A stretch of DNA of 59,138 nucleotides, filler included, from Nitrospinae bacterium RIFCSPLOWO2_12_FULL_45_22 (GTDB lineage: Bacteria > 2-12-FULL-45-22), in assembly GCA_001803565.1 (NCBI GenBank). It is 6 parts of 6 records of this genome, joined end to end, with 100 filler letters (N's around TTAATTAATTAA, not from the genome) between each part and the next. Parts side by side here need not be neighbours in the genome. Positions count along the whole stretch, not along the records: positions 6,040 to 12,450 come from MHDQ01000255.1; positions 12,551 to 27,734 come from MHDQ01000256.1; 4 more parts are not named here. One strand, 5' to 3'. This document shows, piece by piece, positions 9,202 through 20,161 of this stretch. How positions within the stretch are numbered: the stretch's first letter is position 1; each line of letters begins with the position of its first letter. The position numbers and the translations under genes were made by a program. The notes below the pieces were generated by a model that saw only the letters and a list, made by a program, of their open reading frames with translations, was not told the DNA's origin and ran no database searches.

Positions 9202-11007
9202 ATGATCCGTAAAGGCTTTACCCTTATAATTTTTCTTTTGCTCATCCCTTCCTTTGTCTGGGCTCAGGCTACCACGCACCAGGAGTTCCAGAGCTATACC
9301 TTTGCGCGAAAGGCCTTCGAGGACAAGCTATATGATATCACCATCCGTGAGGGCCAGGATTATATTGCGAAGTTTCCTCAGGGCCGGTTAAAAGATCGGG
9401 TTTTATACCTTGTCGGTCTGGCTTTTTACCACCAGGGGAAATTATCTGATGCCCTCTTGCCCATGCAGCAACTAAAGAAAGATTATCCTAAAAGTCCTAT
9501 CTATCCTGCCGCCCTTTATCGTTTAGGGCAGATATATTTTGAGCTTCGGCAATATCCCGCAGCTATCCAGGAATTTGAGATACTATGGCAAAAGGGAGAA
9601 CCTTCCTGGAGAGAGCCGACCCTGTTTCTCCTGGCCCGGGCTTATCAACAAGCCGGTAATTACCAGCCGGCGGCCGAAAGATTTCAACAACTCCTGAAGA
9701 TAGCCCCGCAGAGCCCTAAGTCTTATGAATATCACCTCCGATATGGCGAGGTCTTATTTTTATTAAAGGATTATGCCGGGGCAGCCAGGGAATTAAGGGT
9801 CTCACTAGATACTTTTCCGGCTACTGATCCAGCGAAGCTTAAAGGAGATGTCGCTTATAAATTGGGTCAGGCCCTCTTCCTGTCTGGCAGCTATACTGAA
9901 GGCGCTGGTGTGCTAAAGTCATTTATCGAGCAATATCCCCATCATAAAGCATTGACTGATGCCTTATTTCTGCTGGCTGAGGCCCAGGAAAAATTAAAGG
10001 ATTATACTGGGGCTATACTGGCTTATTCCCGGATCATTGATCGGTTCCCACAGAGTCGGTGGTACTATACGGCCTTAGCAAAACGGGGCTGGTTCCAGTT
10101 TAATAAAGGGGATTATTCAGCCTCGATCCAGGATTATACCCGGCTGGCCCAGGAGGCCCAAAAACCACCCTGGCCAATTCTGGCAGTTTATATGGTGGGG
10201 GAGAATTATTGGGCAAAAAATGACTATGCCTCGGCCATAAAATATTATTCTCAAGTAATAGCAGCTAAAGACAACAAAAAATACCTGCTCCCGGCTTATT
10301 TCAAGCAGGCCCTCTGTTATTACCTGATGGGTAACTATACCGGGAGCCTGGCGGAGCTGGAGGCCCTGGCCAAACTAAACCCTGGTGATGATATCAAGAC
10401 AGAATCTTTGTACCTCAAAGGCCAATCCCTTTTTCAGATGGGGAAGTATACCGAGGCCATTGAGAATTACCAACAATTCCTGACCATACGACCCCAGGAC
10501 CAACGCATATCAGGAGTCTTGTTTAATTTGGGGTTGGCCAGAAAAAGGCAAGGTGATATAGTAGGGGCAAGAGAGGCATGGGAAAAGGTCGTTGCCCAAG
10601 AGAAAGATAGCGCCCAAACCTATTGGGCCAGCCTCCAATTAGGCTTTATCTATTATCAGGATCCTGGCAAAGAAAAGGCTATTGCGGCTTTAACCAGGGC
10701 AGCCCAGGGGCCTGAACCACTATTAGCCTGTGAGGCCCGCTATTGGTTAGCAGAGCTATATTTCCAGGCAGAAGATTATACCAGAGGATTGCAAGAGGTG
10801 GAGCAGATGTTTAAGACCAAAATTGAAGGCATCTCTAATCCCTGGTTAGGGATGGCCTATTCCAAAGCCGGGGCTATTTATGAGAAGCTAGGGGATAAAG
10901 AAAAGGCCCGGACAGCTTACCAGAAAGTGCTCCAGGTATCACAGGATAAGGATCTGCTTACCGTGGCCTCGAAGAGGATCAAGGTCCTTGAAGCCAAAAC
11001 CCCTTAA
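9202..11007 (+). CDS. Exported tetratricopeptide-repeat protein (BamD/CpoB-like repeats)
   Basis: Signal peptide ending VWA-Q; many TPR units. Confidence 0.85.
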   Translation: MIRKGFTLIIFLLLIPSFVWAQATTHQEFQSYTFARKAFEDKLYDITIREGQDYIAKFPQGRLKDRVLYLVGLAFYHQGKLSDALLPMQQLKKDYPKSPIYPAALYRLGQIYFELRQYPAAIQEFEILWQKGEPSWREPTLFLLARAYQQAGNYQPAAERFQQLLKIAPQSPKSYEYHLRYGEVLFLLKDYAGAARELRVSLDTFPATDPAKLKGDVAYKLGQALFLSGSYTEGAGVLKSFIEQYPHHKALTDALFLLAEAQEKLKDYTGAILAYSRIIDRFPQSRWYYTALAKRGWFQFNKGDYSASIQDYTRLAQEAQKPPWPILAVYMVGENYWAKNDYASAIKYYSQVIAAKDNKKYLLPAYFKQALCYYLMGNYTGSLAELEALAKLNPGDDIKTESLYLKGQSLFQMGKYTEAIENYQQFLTIRPQDQRISGVLFNLGLARKRQGDIVGAREAWEKVVAQEKDSAQTYWASLQLGFIYYQDPGKEKAIAALTRAAQGPEPLLACEARYWLAELYFQAEDYTRGLQEVEQMFKTKIEGISNPWLGMAYSKAGAIYEKLGDKEKARTAYQKVLQVSQDKDLLTVASKRIKVLEAKTP

Positions 11008-11085
11008 GGACAATATTTTGTAAGAGTTTCGGAGGAGGTAGGGGAAAAATTTTGCTTTTTTTAGGGAGATGAAGGAGAACAAAAT

Positions 11086-11271
11086 ATGCCGACGATCAAG
11101 ATAGAGGCAGGTTGTGATGGGTGTGGGACGTGTGTTGAGCAATGTCCTATGGAGGTATTAGCTCTAAACAATGGTAAGGCGGTAGTGGTTAAATTGGACG
11201 ATTGTATGGCTTGCAAGCTATGCGAGACCGTATGCCCATGTAGTTTAATAAGAGTGGAGGAAGGAGCTTAA
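11086..11271 (+). CDS. 2x[4Fe-4S] ferredoxin
   Basis: CDGCGTCVEQCP and CMACKLCETVCP; AAGGAG RBS. Confidence 0.92.
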   Translation: MPTIKIEAGCDGCGTCVEQCPMEVLALNNGKAVVVKLDDCMACKLCETVCPCSLIRVEEGA

Positions 11272-11948
11272 TGAGAACTAACCCCGGAAACCACTCAACG
11301 GGTCTGATAAAGTTATTATTGCTCTGCCTTATGGCCTTTCTGGGCCTGGGTCTTATTGCTGCCCGGACCAATCCCCTGAAAGGGTTAGGGAATTTTTTAA
11401 TCAAAGAAGACCCTTTAGGGAAGGCCGATCTGATAGTGGTATTATCAGGCGAGCTATGGTCAAGGGCCCGCGAAGGTGCAGAATTGTATAAGAAAGGGCT
11501 TGCCCAGAGGGTCCTATTGATGAAGGATTTGAAGCCCAAAGGTGCCGAAGAATTAGCCAAAATGGGGATTGTATATCCTGAGCAGTACCTGCTCAATAAA
11601 CAGGTGCTGATAAGAGGAGGGGTGACAGAAAAGGCTATAGCCATTTCTAACATAGAAGTCAATAGCAGCTTCCAGGAGGCCGCTTATATAAATGAATATA
11701 TAAAGACCCATCATTGGCAATCAGTTATCGTGGTTACTTCTAAGTTCCATTCCCGCAGGGCCTGTGGAACTTTAAGGGCTGTCAGTAATGGAGAAATAAA
11801 GGTCATTTGCCGCCCTTCCCGGTACGATCCGGATAGCCCCGCCATATGGTGGACAGAAAGGAGGCAAGCTAAGGAATTATTCTTCGAGTATCAGAAACTG
11901 GCCCTTTATTCCCTCTATCTCCTGATACATAGGATAATACCTTTTTAA
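11271..11948 (+). CDS. YdcF/DUF218 family protein
   Basis: ADLIVVLSG, VVTSKFHSRRA, N-terminal TM. Confidence 0.85.
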   Translation: MRTNPGNHSTGLIKLLLLCLMAFLGLGLIAARTNPLKGLGNFLIKEDPLGKADLIVVLSGELWSRAREGAELYKKGLAQRVLLMKDLKPKGAEELAKMGIVYPEQYLLNKQVLIRGGVTEKAIAISNIEVNSSFQEAAYINEYIKTHHWQSVIVVTSKFHSRRACGTLRAVSNGEIKVICRPSRYDPDSPAIWWTERRQAKELFFEYQKLALYSLYLLIHRIIPF

Positions 11949-11967
11949 AGGCAGGGTAAATAATGGA

Positions 11968-11994
11968 TGTAGTGGCAGAGCTTGCTCTGCCTAC
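11968..11994 (+). repeat. GTAG-type REP-like palindrome
   Basis: TGTAGTGGCAGAGCTTGCTCTGC, identical at 28360-28382; variant on minus strand at 28094-28117. Confidence 0.75.
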
Positions 11995-12044
11995 CTGCAA
12001 AACGGTATGCGGCTTGAATCCTTTTAATGGTAGGCTAGGTGCTT

Positions 12045-12314
12045 ATGAAGATAAAACAATATAACGCTCTGACAGATAATCTGTTTCGGCAGTTGGCTAA
12101 AGGCAATTCTGTTATTTATAATGGCTTGTTACTCAAAGTTGAGGAAGATAAGCTGGTAGTCAAAGGGAAGCTGCAAAATAAAGATATGGAGCTTCACTAC
12201 CGGCTCAAAGAAGGTGACCACTATGGCTTCTCTAAGGAACAGTTTAAGAATATCGTGGCCGCCCGCGAGAAGCCTATGTTTAGTGTGACCCTATCTGGCC
12301 GGTTTAATAAATAA
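12045..12314 (+). CDS. Small hypothetical protein
   Basis: 89-aa ORF with a plausible RBS; no recognisable motif. Confidence 0.55.
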   Translation: MKIKQYNALTDNLFRQLAKGNSVIYNGLLLKVEEDKLVVKGKLQNKDMELHYRLKEGDHYGFSKEQFKNIVAAREKPMFSVTLSGRFNK

Positions 12315-12613
12315 ACCCTGGACACCCTCTCAATCAGAGCACTAAGGAAAATGGTAACCGTTCACCCCGGTAACCTTTATCTGCCACTAAGACACCACTA
12401 CAAATTCATTACAAAATTAGCACTGCAAAATTAGCAATTAACAAGAAGGANNNNNNNNNNNNNNNNNNNNNNNNNNNNNNNNNNNNNNNNNNNNTTAATT
12501 AATTAANNNNNNNNNNNNNNNNNNNNNNNNNNNNNNNNNNNNNNNNNNNNTCATTCGGGTAAATTAGGGGTTAATAAATGTGACCCTTTTAAGACAAAAA
12601 GGAGGCGGGGAGG

Positions 12614-12886
12614 ATGGGTCGGTATATTCAGTATATAAGAAGCTTAACCCTGGTGGTTGTCATTATTTTTCTAATAGCTTCTGCTAGTTGGGCAGATGAG
12701 TATGACCTCCGACAAGCCGGACAACCCTGGAGAATCATAGCCAATGCCCTTAATCCGTTAGGTGTAACCCTGGACTATCTTGTTGCCCGGCCCCTGCACT
12801 GGTTCTTACACCTTAAGCCCGTGGATAAGCTAACCGGTCATAGCCAGTTTACAGAAAAGAAAGAATACATAGAAACCATGTATTAG
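12614..12886 (+). CDS. Small exported/membrane hypothetical protein
   Basis: Signal peptide (ASWA-D), GGAGG RBS. Confidence 0.7.
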   Translation: MGRYIQYIRSLTLVVVIIFLIASASWADEYDLRQAGQPWRIIANALNPLGVTLDYLVARPLHWFLHLKPVDKLTGHSQFTEKKEYIETMY

Positions 12887-13848
12887 CGGCCCGCCAGTTT
12901 TTCCCGCCAATAGTTCAAGAGATCTTCCATGGTCTTTTTGAAGGGGATGGTGGGTTCCCACCCGGTCTGTTGCCGGAATTTGGTATAATCACCGATTAAT
13001 ACTGGTACATCAGAGGGCCGTAACCGGGTTTCATCTACTCTTACTTCCACCTTTTTATCGCTCATAGATAAGAGTATCTCTAAAATCTCGCGGATTTTGT
13101 AACCTTTGCCAGAACATATGTTATATACTTCTCCAGGCATACCTTTCTCCAATGCCAACCAATATCCTCTAACCATGTCCCGTACATCGGTAAAGTCCCT
13201 TATGGCCTCTAAATTCCCTACATAAATGACAGGTTCTCTTTTTCCCATTTCGATCTCAACAATCTGCTTGGCAAAATCAGATGATACAAATACCTCTCCC
13301 CGCCGTGGACCAGTATGGTTAAAACCCCTGGTTCGTACAACATTCAATTTATAACTCATGTAGTATTGGTAACTTAGGAAGTCCTGCCCTACTTTGCTCA
13401 CTGCATAAGGGCTTAAAGGCCGTAAGGGATTGGTCTCTTTGATAGGTAGTTCGTCAGGGTAAACCATGCCGTATTCTTCACTGGAACAGGCCACCTGGGT
13501 CCAGGGATTGATATTCAGATGCCTCACTGCTTCGAAGATATTAAGATTACCAATGATGTTAGTAGTTAAAGACTCACCCGGGGCATGCCAGGAGGTAGGG
13601 ACAAAGCTTTGAGCTGCCAAATGGAATATCTTATCGGGTTTAATCTCTCTTATTATATTGGTTACAGAGGTCTGATCCCGCAAATCACATTCCAGGGTCT
13701 TGATATTGTTCGATATATGATCAATAAATTCCGTCCGGCTACGCCAGCGCCTAATGCCATATAACTCTATATCCGGCATAGTCAATAAATATTCCGCCAA
13801 ATGACTCCCAGCAAAACCCGTTATTCCGGTAATTAAGACCCGCTGCAT
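12883..13848 (-). CDS. GDP-mannose 4,6-dehydratase/Rmd-like SDR enzyme
   Basis: GITGFAGSHL, HLAAQSFV, SSEEYG, YAVSK, FNHTGPRRG, LRPSD. Confidence 0.9.
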   Translation of the reverse strand: MQRVLITGITGFAGSHLAEYLLTMPDIELYGIRRWRSRTEFIDHISNNIKTLECDLRDQTSVTNIIREIKPDKIFHLAAQSFVPTSWHAPGESLTTNIIGNLNIFEAVRHLNINPWTQVACSSEEYGMVYPDELPIKETNPLRPLSPYAVSKVGQDFLSYQYYMSYKLNVVRTRGFNHTGPRRGEVFVSSDFAKQIVEIEMGKREPVIYVGNLEAIRDFTDVRDMVRGYWLALEKGMPGEVYNICSGKGYKIREILEILLSMSDKKVEVRVDETRLRPSDVPVLIGDYTKFRQQTGWEPTIPFKKTMEDLLNYWREKLAGR

Positions 13849-14198
13849 TAAATCCCTCCCTCCCCAAGAGTTGTTTTGAGATGTTTAGCTTATTTCCCGT
13901 TGTGCCGTACAAAGGTATAAATATTTCTCTTTAGGTTATGTTAAAGATTAACAAAAGCTCTCTATAGTGTCAAATGAATTTTGATAATTACGGGGACATA
14001 TAATGACCCCATCCCATCCCTTTCCTATTCAAGGATTACATAGCTTGCATGGACTGATCCCTTTATCTACTAATAGCTCATCACGGCTTTTAAATTTGTT
14101 GGCTGGAATAAAGCAATTTGCTTTGGTTGTTGAAGTGCTGATGGCTGATAGCTTAACGATTACATTTAGGCATATCCTTTACGGATCAAGCCCCTTAA

Positions 14199-14228
14199 CT
14201 TGACAATAACAGACTAAAATATTATATT
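14199..14228 (+). promoter_or_regulatory. dnaK sigma70 promoter overlapped by a HAIR-like (HspR) operator
   Basis: TTGACA(14200)-N17-TATATT; CTTGACA-N7-ACTAAAA resembles CTTGAGT-N7-ACTCAAG. Confidence 0.55.
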
Positions 14229-14334
14229 TACACCGATTTAAGTCTGGCTAGAAAAGGCTTTTTATAGCCCTTTTTATCCCTTTAAATGGTAGAGTAAGCG
14301 CTATCTCATAGCTTTCAGCAAGGAGGTCAAATAT

Positions 14335-16251
14335 ATGGGCAAGGTTATTGGTATTGATCTAGGAACCACCAATTCTGTGGTAGCAGTGATGGAGGGTGGT
14401 GACGTAACGGTTATCACAAATCCAGAAGGTAGCAGGCTTACCCCGTCGGTAGTAGCCTTTGCCAAGGATGGTGACCGGTTAGTGGGCCAGGTAGCTAAAA
14501 GGCAGGCTATTACCAACCCGGAAAATACTGTCTACTCAATTAAACGGTTTATGGGCAGGCGCTATGAAGAAGTTAATGAAGAGATGAAGATGGTTCCTTA
14601 TAAAGTAATCCGGGCCGGCAATGGTGATGCCCGGGTATCAATAAGGAACAAAGAATATCCCCCCCCAGAGATCTCTGCTATGGTCCTACAAAAGCTGAAA
14701 CAAGCCGCCGAAGACTATTTAGGGCAAAAGGTTACTGATGCGGTCGTCACTACACCAGCATATTTCAATGATAGCCAGAGGCAAGCCACTAAGGATGCTA
14801 GTAAGATTGCTGGTTTGAATGTGCTGCGGATAATTAACGAACCTACTGCCGCGGCCTTGGCTTATGGTTTGGATAAGAAGAAGGACGAGACTATTGCAGT
14901 ATTCGATTTTGGTGGAGGTACTTTTGACATATCGGTACTGGAAGTAGGGGATAATATAGTCGAGGTAAAGGCTACTAATGGTGATACCCATCTGGGAGGT
15001 GACAACCTGGACCAGAGGATTATTGATTGGTTGGTTGCTGAATTCAAAAAGGATCAGGGGATTGACCTGAGCCGGGACCCCATGGCTACGCAGCGGCTGA
15101 AAGAAGCAGCCGAGAAGGCCAAGATGGAGCTCTCTACTACTATGGAGACCGATATTAACCTGCCATTTATAACAGCCGATGCCTCTGGCCCTAAACACCT
15201 AAATATGAAGTTGAGCCGGGCCAAGTTTGAGCAGTTAGTGGACGATCTCCTAGAAAAGACCCTGGGTCCTTGTGAAGCAGCACTGAGAGATGCAGGATTA
15301 AGCCTTAAGGATATTGACGAGGTAGTCCTGGTGGGTGGTTCGACTAGAATACCCAAGGTACAGGAACTGGTGAAGAAATTCTTTGAGAAAGACCCCCATA
15401 AGGGGGTAAACCCTGATGAGGTAGTAGCGATAGGAGCGGCTGTACAAGGGGCAGTCCTGGCTGGTGAGGTAAAAGATGTGTTGCTATTAGATGTTACCCC
15501 TCTGTCTTTGGGTATCGAGACCCTGGGGGGGGTAATGACCCGTTTAATCGAGCGGAATACTACTATCCCTTGCCGTAAAAGTGAGACCTTCTCTACCGCT
15601 GCAGATAACCAGACCAGTGTAGAGATCCATGTATTACAGGGTGAGCGGGATATGGCCCGGGACAATAGGACCCTAGGCCGCTTCCATCTGGTAGGCATTC
15701 CAGCAGCACCCCGCGGCATGCCGCAGATAGAAGTAACTTTTGATATAGACGCCAATGGCATCCTTAATGTCTCGGCGATAGATAAAGGTACTGGTAAGCA
15801 GCAGGCTATTACTATTACCTCTTCCAGTGGTATTACAGAGGAAGAAATCAAGAAGATGGTGAAAGAAGCAGAACTCCATGTCGAGGAAGACAAAAATAGA
15901 CGGCAAGAGGTAGAGATAAGAAATCAGGCCGATTCTTTGGTCTATACCACGGAAAAGACCCTTAATGAACATCGGGATAAATTGTCAACCGGCGATATAA
16001 AGCCGATTGAAGAGGCAATAGAGGATACCAAGAAGGCTTTGGAAAGTGGAGACAGTGAGCGGATAAAGAGTAGTATGGACCGTTTGACTAAGACTTCTCA
16101 TAAATTGGCTGAGGCAATGTATCAGCAGCATGCCTATGCCGGTACTGGCAGCTCCTCCGGGGCCGGTGAGGATGGCGAAAAAGAAAGGGGATCCCAGCGG
16201 CCTCCTAAAGGTGATGGAGAGGTAGTGGATGCCGAATTCGAGGAGAGCTAA
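14335..16251 (+). CDS. dnaK: Chaperone DnaK
   Basis: [26 protein letters not shown]-terminal DAEFEE. Confidence 0.99.
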   Translation: MGKVIGIDLGTTNSVVAVMEGGDVTVITNPEGSRLTPSVVAFAKDGDRLVGQVAKRQAITNPENTVYSIKRFMGRRYEEVNEEMKMVPYKVIRAGNGDARVSIRNKEYPPPEISAMVLQKLKQAAEDYLGQKVTDAVVTTPAYFNDSQRQATKDASKIAGLNVLRIINEPTAAALAYGLDKKKDETIAVFDFGGGTFDISVLEVGDNIVEVKATNGDTHLGGDNLDQRIIDWLVAEFKKDQGIDLSRDPMATQRLKEAAEKAKMELSTTMETDINLPFITADASGPKHLNMKLSRAKFEQLVDDLLEKTLGPCEAALRDAGLSLKDIDEVVLVGGSTRIPKVQELVKKFFEKDPHKGVNPDEVVAIGAAVQGAVLAGEVKDVLLLDVTPLSLGIETLGGVMTRLIERNTTIPCRKSETFSTAADNQTSVEIHVLQGERDMARDNRTLGRFHLVGIPAAPRGMPQIEVTFDIDANGILNVSAIDKGTGKQQAITITSSSGITEEEIKKMVKEAELHVEEDKNRRQEVEIRNQADSLVYTTEKTLNEHRDKLSTGDIKPIEEAIEDTKKALESGDSERIKSSMDRLTKTSHKLAEAMYQQHAYAGTGSSSGAGEDGEKERGSQRPPKGDGEVVDAEFEES

Positions 16252-16296
16252 GGGGATATTCTTCCTGGGTATAAATGCCTCCCGCGAGGTGATAAC

Positions 16297-17418
16297 ATGA
16301 CCAAAAAAGACTATTATGAAGCCTTAGGGGTAAAGAGGGGGGCAAGTGCCACCGAAATCAAAAAGGCTTATAGAAAATTAGCACGAAAATACCATCCAGA
16401 CCTTAATCCTGGTGATAAGGCTGCGGAGGCCAAGTTTAAAGAGATTTCTGAAGCCTATGAGGTATTAAGCGACAAAGAGAAGCGGAAAAAATATGATCAA
16501 TTTGGCCATGCAGCCTTTCAAAGCGGTTTTGATCCTTCCCAGGCATATACTTATACCACTAGAGACTTTGACTTCGATTTAAATTCGGTCTTTGGTGAAA
16601 AAGGCGCCCCTTTCAGTAATATCTTCGAACAGTTTTTCGGAAACCGGCGTAAAAGTCCCTATTACCATAAAACAGCAAAAGGTAAAGATATTACCTATTC
16701 TTTAGAGCTAAGCTTAGAAGACGCTTTCAAAGGAATTTCAACCAGGATAAGTTTCAGTAGAAATGATCACTGTTATGGCTGTACCGGCAATGGTATGCAG
16801 CGAGGGAGCCAGGGACGCACTTGCCCGAATTGTAAGGGTTCAGGCCAGCAAGGAACAGGGAAGGGCCTTTTTCTGATGGAGGAGCCATGCCCCCGTTGCA
16901 GGGGAACGGGAGAGATACCCATGATTGCCTGTCAGACATGTGCTGGTACGGGCATGATCCCAAAGGTAGAAAATATAACGATCAAGATACCACCAGGGGT
17001 AAATACGGGTTCAAAGATAAGGGTAGCCGGCAAAGGAGAGCCCGGGACAAATGGGGGACCACCGGGCGATCTATATATCATTACCAAAATACAGCCTCAT
17101 CCGCTTTTTGAGCGGAAAGGAGATGATATTTATTGCGAGGTTCCCATTACTGTTACCGAGGCGGTTTTAGGCGAGAAAATAGAGGTGCCAACCATAGATG
17201 GTAAGGCTACCATGACTATCCCTGAGGGTACCCAAAGTGGCCAGAAGTTTCGCCTGAAGGGCAAAGGTGTCCCCCACCTTAAGGGTAGTGGCCGGGGTGA
17301 TCACTATGTTACCATTAAGATAGTGATCCCCAGAGAAATAGACCAGGCTTCTAAAGAGTTGCTGAAGCGGTTTGGCGACCGGAATCCCTATAATCCCCGG
17401 ATAGACTTAAGGTACTAA
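16297..17418 (+). CDS. dnaJ: DnaJ-class chaperone with zinc fingers
   Basis: J-domain HPD, four CxxCxGxG repeats. Confidence 0.93.
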   Translation: MTKKDYYEALGVKRGASATEIKKAYRKLARKYHPDLNPGDKAAEAKFKEISEAYEVLSDKEKRKKYDQFGHAAFQSGFDPSQAYTYTTRDFDFDLNSVFGEKGAPFSNIFEQFFGNRRKSPYYHKTAKGKDITYSLELSLEDAFKGISTRISFSRNDHCYGCTGNGMQRGSQGRTCPNCKGSGQQGTGKGLFLMEEPCPRCRGTGEIPMIACQTCAGTGMIPKVENITIKIPPGVNTGSKIRVAGKGEPGTNGGPPGDLYIITKIQPHPLFERKGDDIYCEVPITVTEAVLGEKIEVPTIDGKATMTIPEGTQSGQKFRLKGKGVPHLKGSGRGDHYVTIKIVIPREIDQASKELLKRFGDRNPYNPRIDLRY

Positions 17419-17420
17419 CT

Positions 17421-17810
17421 ATGGCATCAGTTAAGGACGAACTATTTACCATCAGCGTGGTTTCCAGGATGTTTGGTATTCATCCCCAAACCCTCAGGTT
17501 ATATGAAAGAGAAGGGCTGATTAGGCCCCGTCGTTCCCAGGGTAATACCAGACTTTATTCTCGCGAGGACGTAGATAGGATATCCAAGATACTGAATCTC
17601 ACCAGAGACTTGGGAGTAAACCTGGCTGGTATTGAGGTTATCTTTAGTATTCAGCAAAAAATGGACGAGATGCGCAAATTTGTCTGGGAGATGTTAGAAT
17701 ATATTGACCAGGAAGTAAGGAATCATTTTGAACAGCGTTTCCAAACCCATAATTATAGCTTAATGAAAGCACCCCCTAATAAGATCGTTAAGATTGAGGT
17801 TGGTAAATAA
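17421..17810 (+). CDS. hspR: HspR, MerR-family heat-shock repressor
   Basis: ISVVSRMFGIHPQTLRLYEREGL..RSQGNTRLYS, LGVNLAGI. Confidence 0.9.
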   Translation: MASVKDELFTISVVSRMFGIHPQTLRLYEREGLIRPRRSQGNTRLYSREDVDRISKILNLTRDLGVNLAGIEVIFSIQQKMDEMRKFVWEMLEYIDQEVRNHFEQRFQTHNYSLMKAPPNKIVKIEVGK

Positions 17811-17985
17811 AAGATTCATTATTTTCTAGAATCAGTCAGGATTAAAGGTTATAATAAATAAAAAGAAGATCAGCTCAAACTTCATCTAGTTGACCCAGGA
17901 GTCTTGTCTTCAGGACTTATGGCGCCATAGCAATAAGCAGGATTTTATAAATCCCGCTAAAGAGGCTTTTCAGGAGAAGAGAAAT

Positions 17986-18369
17986 ATGGGCAAGGAAGAT
18001 CAGGAAAAAGGGTTTACGGTTACTGATAAAAGATACTCTGTTCGCCCAAAGGAAGAAGGAGAGAAAGAGGAAGGGCAGAAAAGAACCCTGGAAGACAAAA
18101 AACCATCTACTCCTTTACCAGCGATGGATTTTCCTACCTTTCTCTTCTCTATTAGCAGTACCGCCCTATTACATTTTGGTGATATCCCTGATCCAATAAC
18201 CAACAAGAAGGAAAAAAATCTCCCTATGGTTAGGCAGACTATTGATATAATAGATATGTTGAAGGAAAAGACTAAGGGAAACTTAACCCCGGAAGAGGAA
18301 AATCTAATAGATAATATATTGTACGACTTACGGATGAGGTATATTCGGGAAGTAAACCAAGCCTCTTAA
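17986..18369 (+). CDS. DUF1844 family protein
   Basis: DFPTFLFSI..ALLHFG.IPDP, TIDIIDMLKEKTKGNL..EE; GGAG RBS. Confidence 0.85.
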   Translation: MGKEDQEKGFTVTDKRYSVRPKEEGEKEEGQKRTLEDKKPSTPLPAMDFPTFLFSISSTALLHFGDIPDPITNKKEKNLPMVRQTIDIIDMLKEKTKGNLTPEEENLIDNILYDLRMRYIREVNQAS

Positions 18370-18394
18370 GAAAGGAAGGAGAGAGAAAGAACCT

Positions 18395-19030
18395 ATGGCA
18401 GGCAACGATAGATATCGGAACGGAGAAAACCATGGTGAGGGAGAAAAATCTCCTCGGTTTACTGTTAGCGATAGGCGGTTCTGGAGAGGAAGGGATGAGT
18501 TGCAAGTAGAAGGAGGGCCAGGGCCCCAAGAGAGTAGGAGGCTACCTACTTATCTGGAAGAATTGCAGCAAAAATTGGAAGAGAAAGATAATAAACTAAG
18601 AGAATACATAGCTGAAATAAAGAAAGAGAATGAAGAATTTCGTAGCCGCCTTACCCGGGATATGGAGAGGAGAGTGGAGACGGAGAAACTTAATCTTATT
18701 AAGGGATTCCTTGCAATACTGGATAATCTGGATAGGGCCCTGGATTCCGGCAGAAGACTTCAAAACCCGGAGGCCTTTAGGGTAGGGGTCCAGATGATCC
18801 GGGACCAATTCATGAACCAACTGAGTATCAATGGGGTGCAAAGATTGAATAGAAGGGGAGAAGTATTTAACCCAGAGACAGACGAAGCCGTTGAAGTAGT
18901 AGCGGCTACTAAGAAAGAAGAAGATAACATGATTCTGGAAGAGATAGAACCAGGGTATGTTCGGGACGATTACCTTATTCGTCCCGCAAAGGTCAGGGTG
19001 GGGAAATATATAGCCGAAAATTCCCATTAA
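18395..19030 (+). CDS. grpE: Nucleotide exchange factor GrpE
   Basis: ILDNLDRAL, GEVFNP..EAV, GY....LIRPAKVRV. Confidence 0.92.
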   Translation: MAGNDRYRNGENHGEGEKSPRFTVSDRRFWRGRDELQVEGGPGPQESRRLPTYLEELQQKLEEKDNKLREYIAEIKKENEEFRSRLTRDMERRVETEKLNLIKGFLAILDNLDRALDSGRRLQNPEAFRVGVQMIRDQFMNQLSINGVQRLNRRGEVFNPETDEAVEVVAATKKEEDNMILEEIEPGYVRDDYLIRPAKVRVGKYIAENSH

Positions 19031-19063
19031 ATTACAGGAAGGGGAAAGATTTCTTAGGTAGTC

Positions 19064-20161
19064 ATGGTAAAGAGGGATTATTATGAGATTCTAGGTGTTT
19101 CACGCAATGCCTCTGAAGAAGAGATAAAAAAGTCATATCGGAAATTGGCCCTCAAATATCATCCTGACCGAAACCCGGGCAACAAAGAGGCCGAAGAGAA
19201 GTTTAAGGAGGCAGCCGAGGCTTATGAAGTGCTTAGGGACCCGGAAAAAAGGTCATTATATGACCGGTTTGGTCATGAAGGCTTAAGAGGGACTGGCTTT
19301 AGTGGTTTTACTGGCTTTGATGATATCTTTTCTAGCTTCAGTGATATATTCAGCGATTTTTTTGGTTTTGGCACCAGCACCAGGAGCAGGAGTAGAACCA
19401 GCGCCCAGGCCGGAGCGGATTTGCGGTATGACCTGTCTATATCGTTTCTGGATGCAGCCTTTGGTAAAGATACTGAAATTGAGATAAATAAATTAGAGAG
19501 GTGCACTACCTGCCGTGCTACTGGCCTTAAGCCCGGTACCAGCCCGGCTATTTGCCCCTATTGCCAGGGAAGGGGAGAAAGTACGCGGTCGCAAGGCTTC
19601 TTCACCATGAGTAGTACCTGCTCATATTGTAGGGGTGAAGGCCAGATAATTAATGATCCTTGCCCTGATTGCCGGGGGAAGGGTCGAGTCAGAAGAAAAA
19701 AACGGCTCTCAGTAAAAATCCCACCCGGGGTAGAAAGTGGCTCTCGCCTGCGCCTGCGGGCTGAAGGCGAAGAGGGAGTAAACGGGGGCCCACGCGGGGA
19801 TCTTTATATCTTTATCTACGTTGAACCGCACGAATTTTTCCAGAGGCAGGGGAATGATATTATATGCCAGATCCCTATATCTTTCCCTCAAGCTGCACTG
19901 GGAGCCGAGATAGAGGTTCCAACCTTGAATGGAAACAAAAAAGTGACCATACCCAAAGGCATCCAGTCTGGTGAGGTTGTATATTTAAAAGGCGAAGGGA
20001 TACCTTATTTAAGGGGTGGTGGTCGAGGAGATCAAATCATCCAGGTCATGGTGAAGACCCCTACTAAAATGACTAAAAGGCAAGAGGAATTACTCCGTGA
20101 ATTTGCCCAGGAAGAAGAGCACTCTTCTAAAGAGAAGGGCTGGAGCTTGTGGCGGCATTAA
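19064..20161 (+). CDS. dnaJ: Chaperone DnaJ, second copy
   Basis: HPD, G/F region, four CxxCxxxG motifs. Confidence 0.95.
   Translation: MVKRDYYEILGVSRNASEEEIKKSYRKLALKYHPDRNPGNKEAEEKFKEAAEAYEVLRDPEKRSLYDRFGHEGLRGTGFSGFTGFDDIFSSFSDIFSDFFGFGTSTRSRSRTSAQAGADLRYDLSISFLDAAFGKDTEIEINKLERCTTCRATGLKPGTSPAICPYCQGRGESTRSQGFFTMSSTCSYCRGEGQIINDPCPDCRGKGRVRRKKRLSVKIPPGVESGSRLRLRAEGEEGVNGGPRGDLYIFIYVEPHEFFQRQGNDIICQIPISFPQAALGAEIEVPTLNGNKKVTIPKGIQSGEVVYLKGEGIPYLRGGGRGDQIIQVMVKTPTKMTKRQEELLREFAQEEEHSSKEKGWSLWRH

Noticed and set aside
14098-14116. GG-N10-GC sigma54-like site upstream of dnaK
   Set aside because: Poor match to TGGCAC-N5-TTGC; a better sigma70 promoter lies at 14200.
14719-15972. Long antisense ORFs over dnaK (similar ones over copA, pncB, pruA and thiolase)
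   Set aside because: Shadow frames of conserved genes with no independent motifs.
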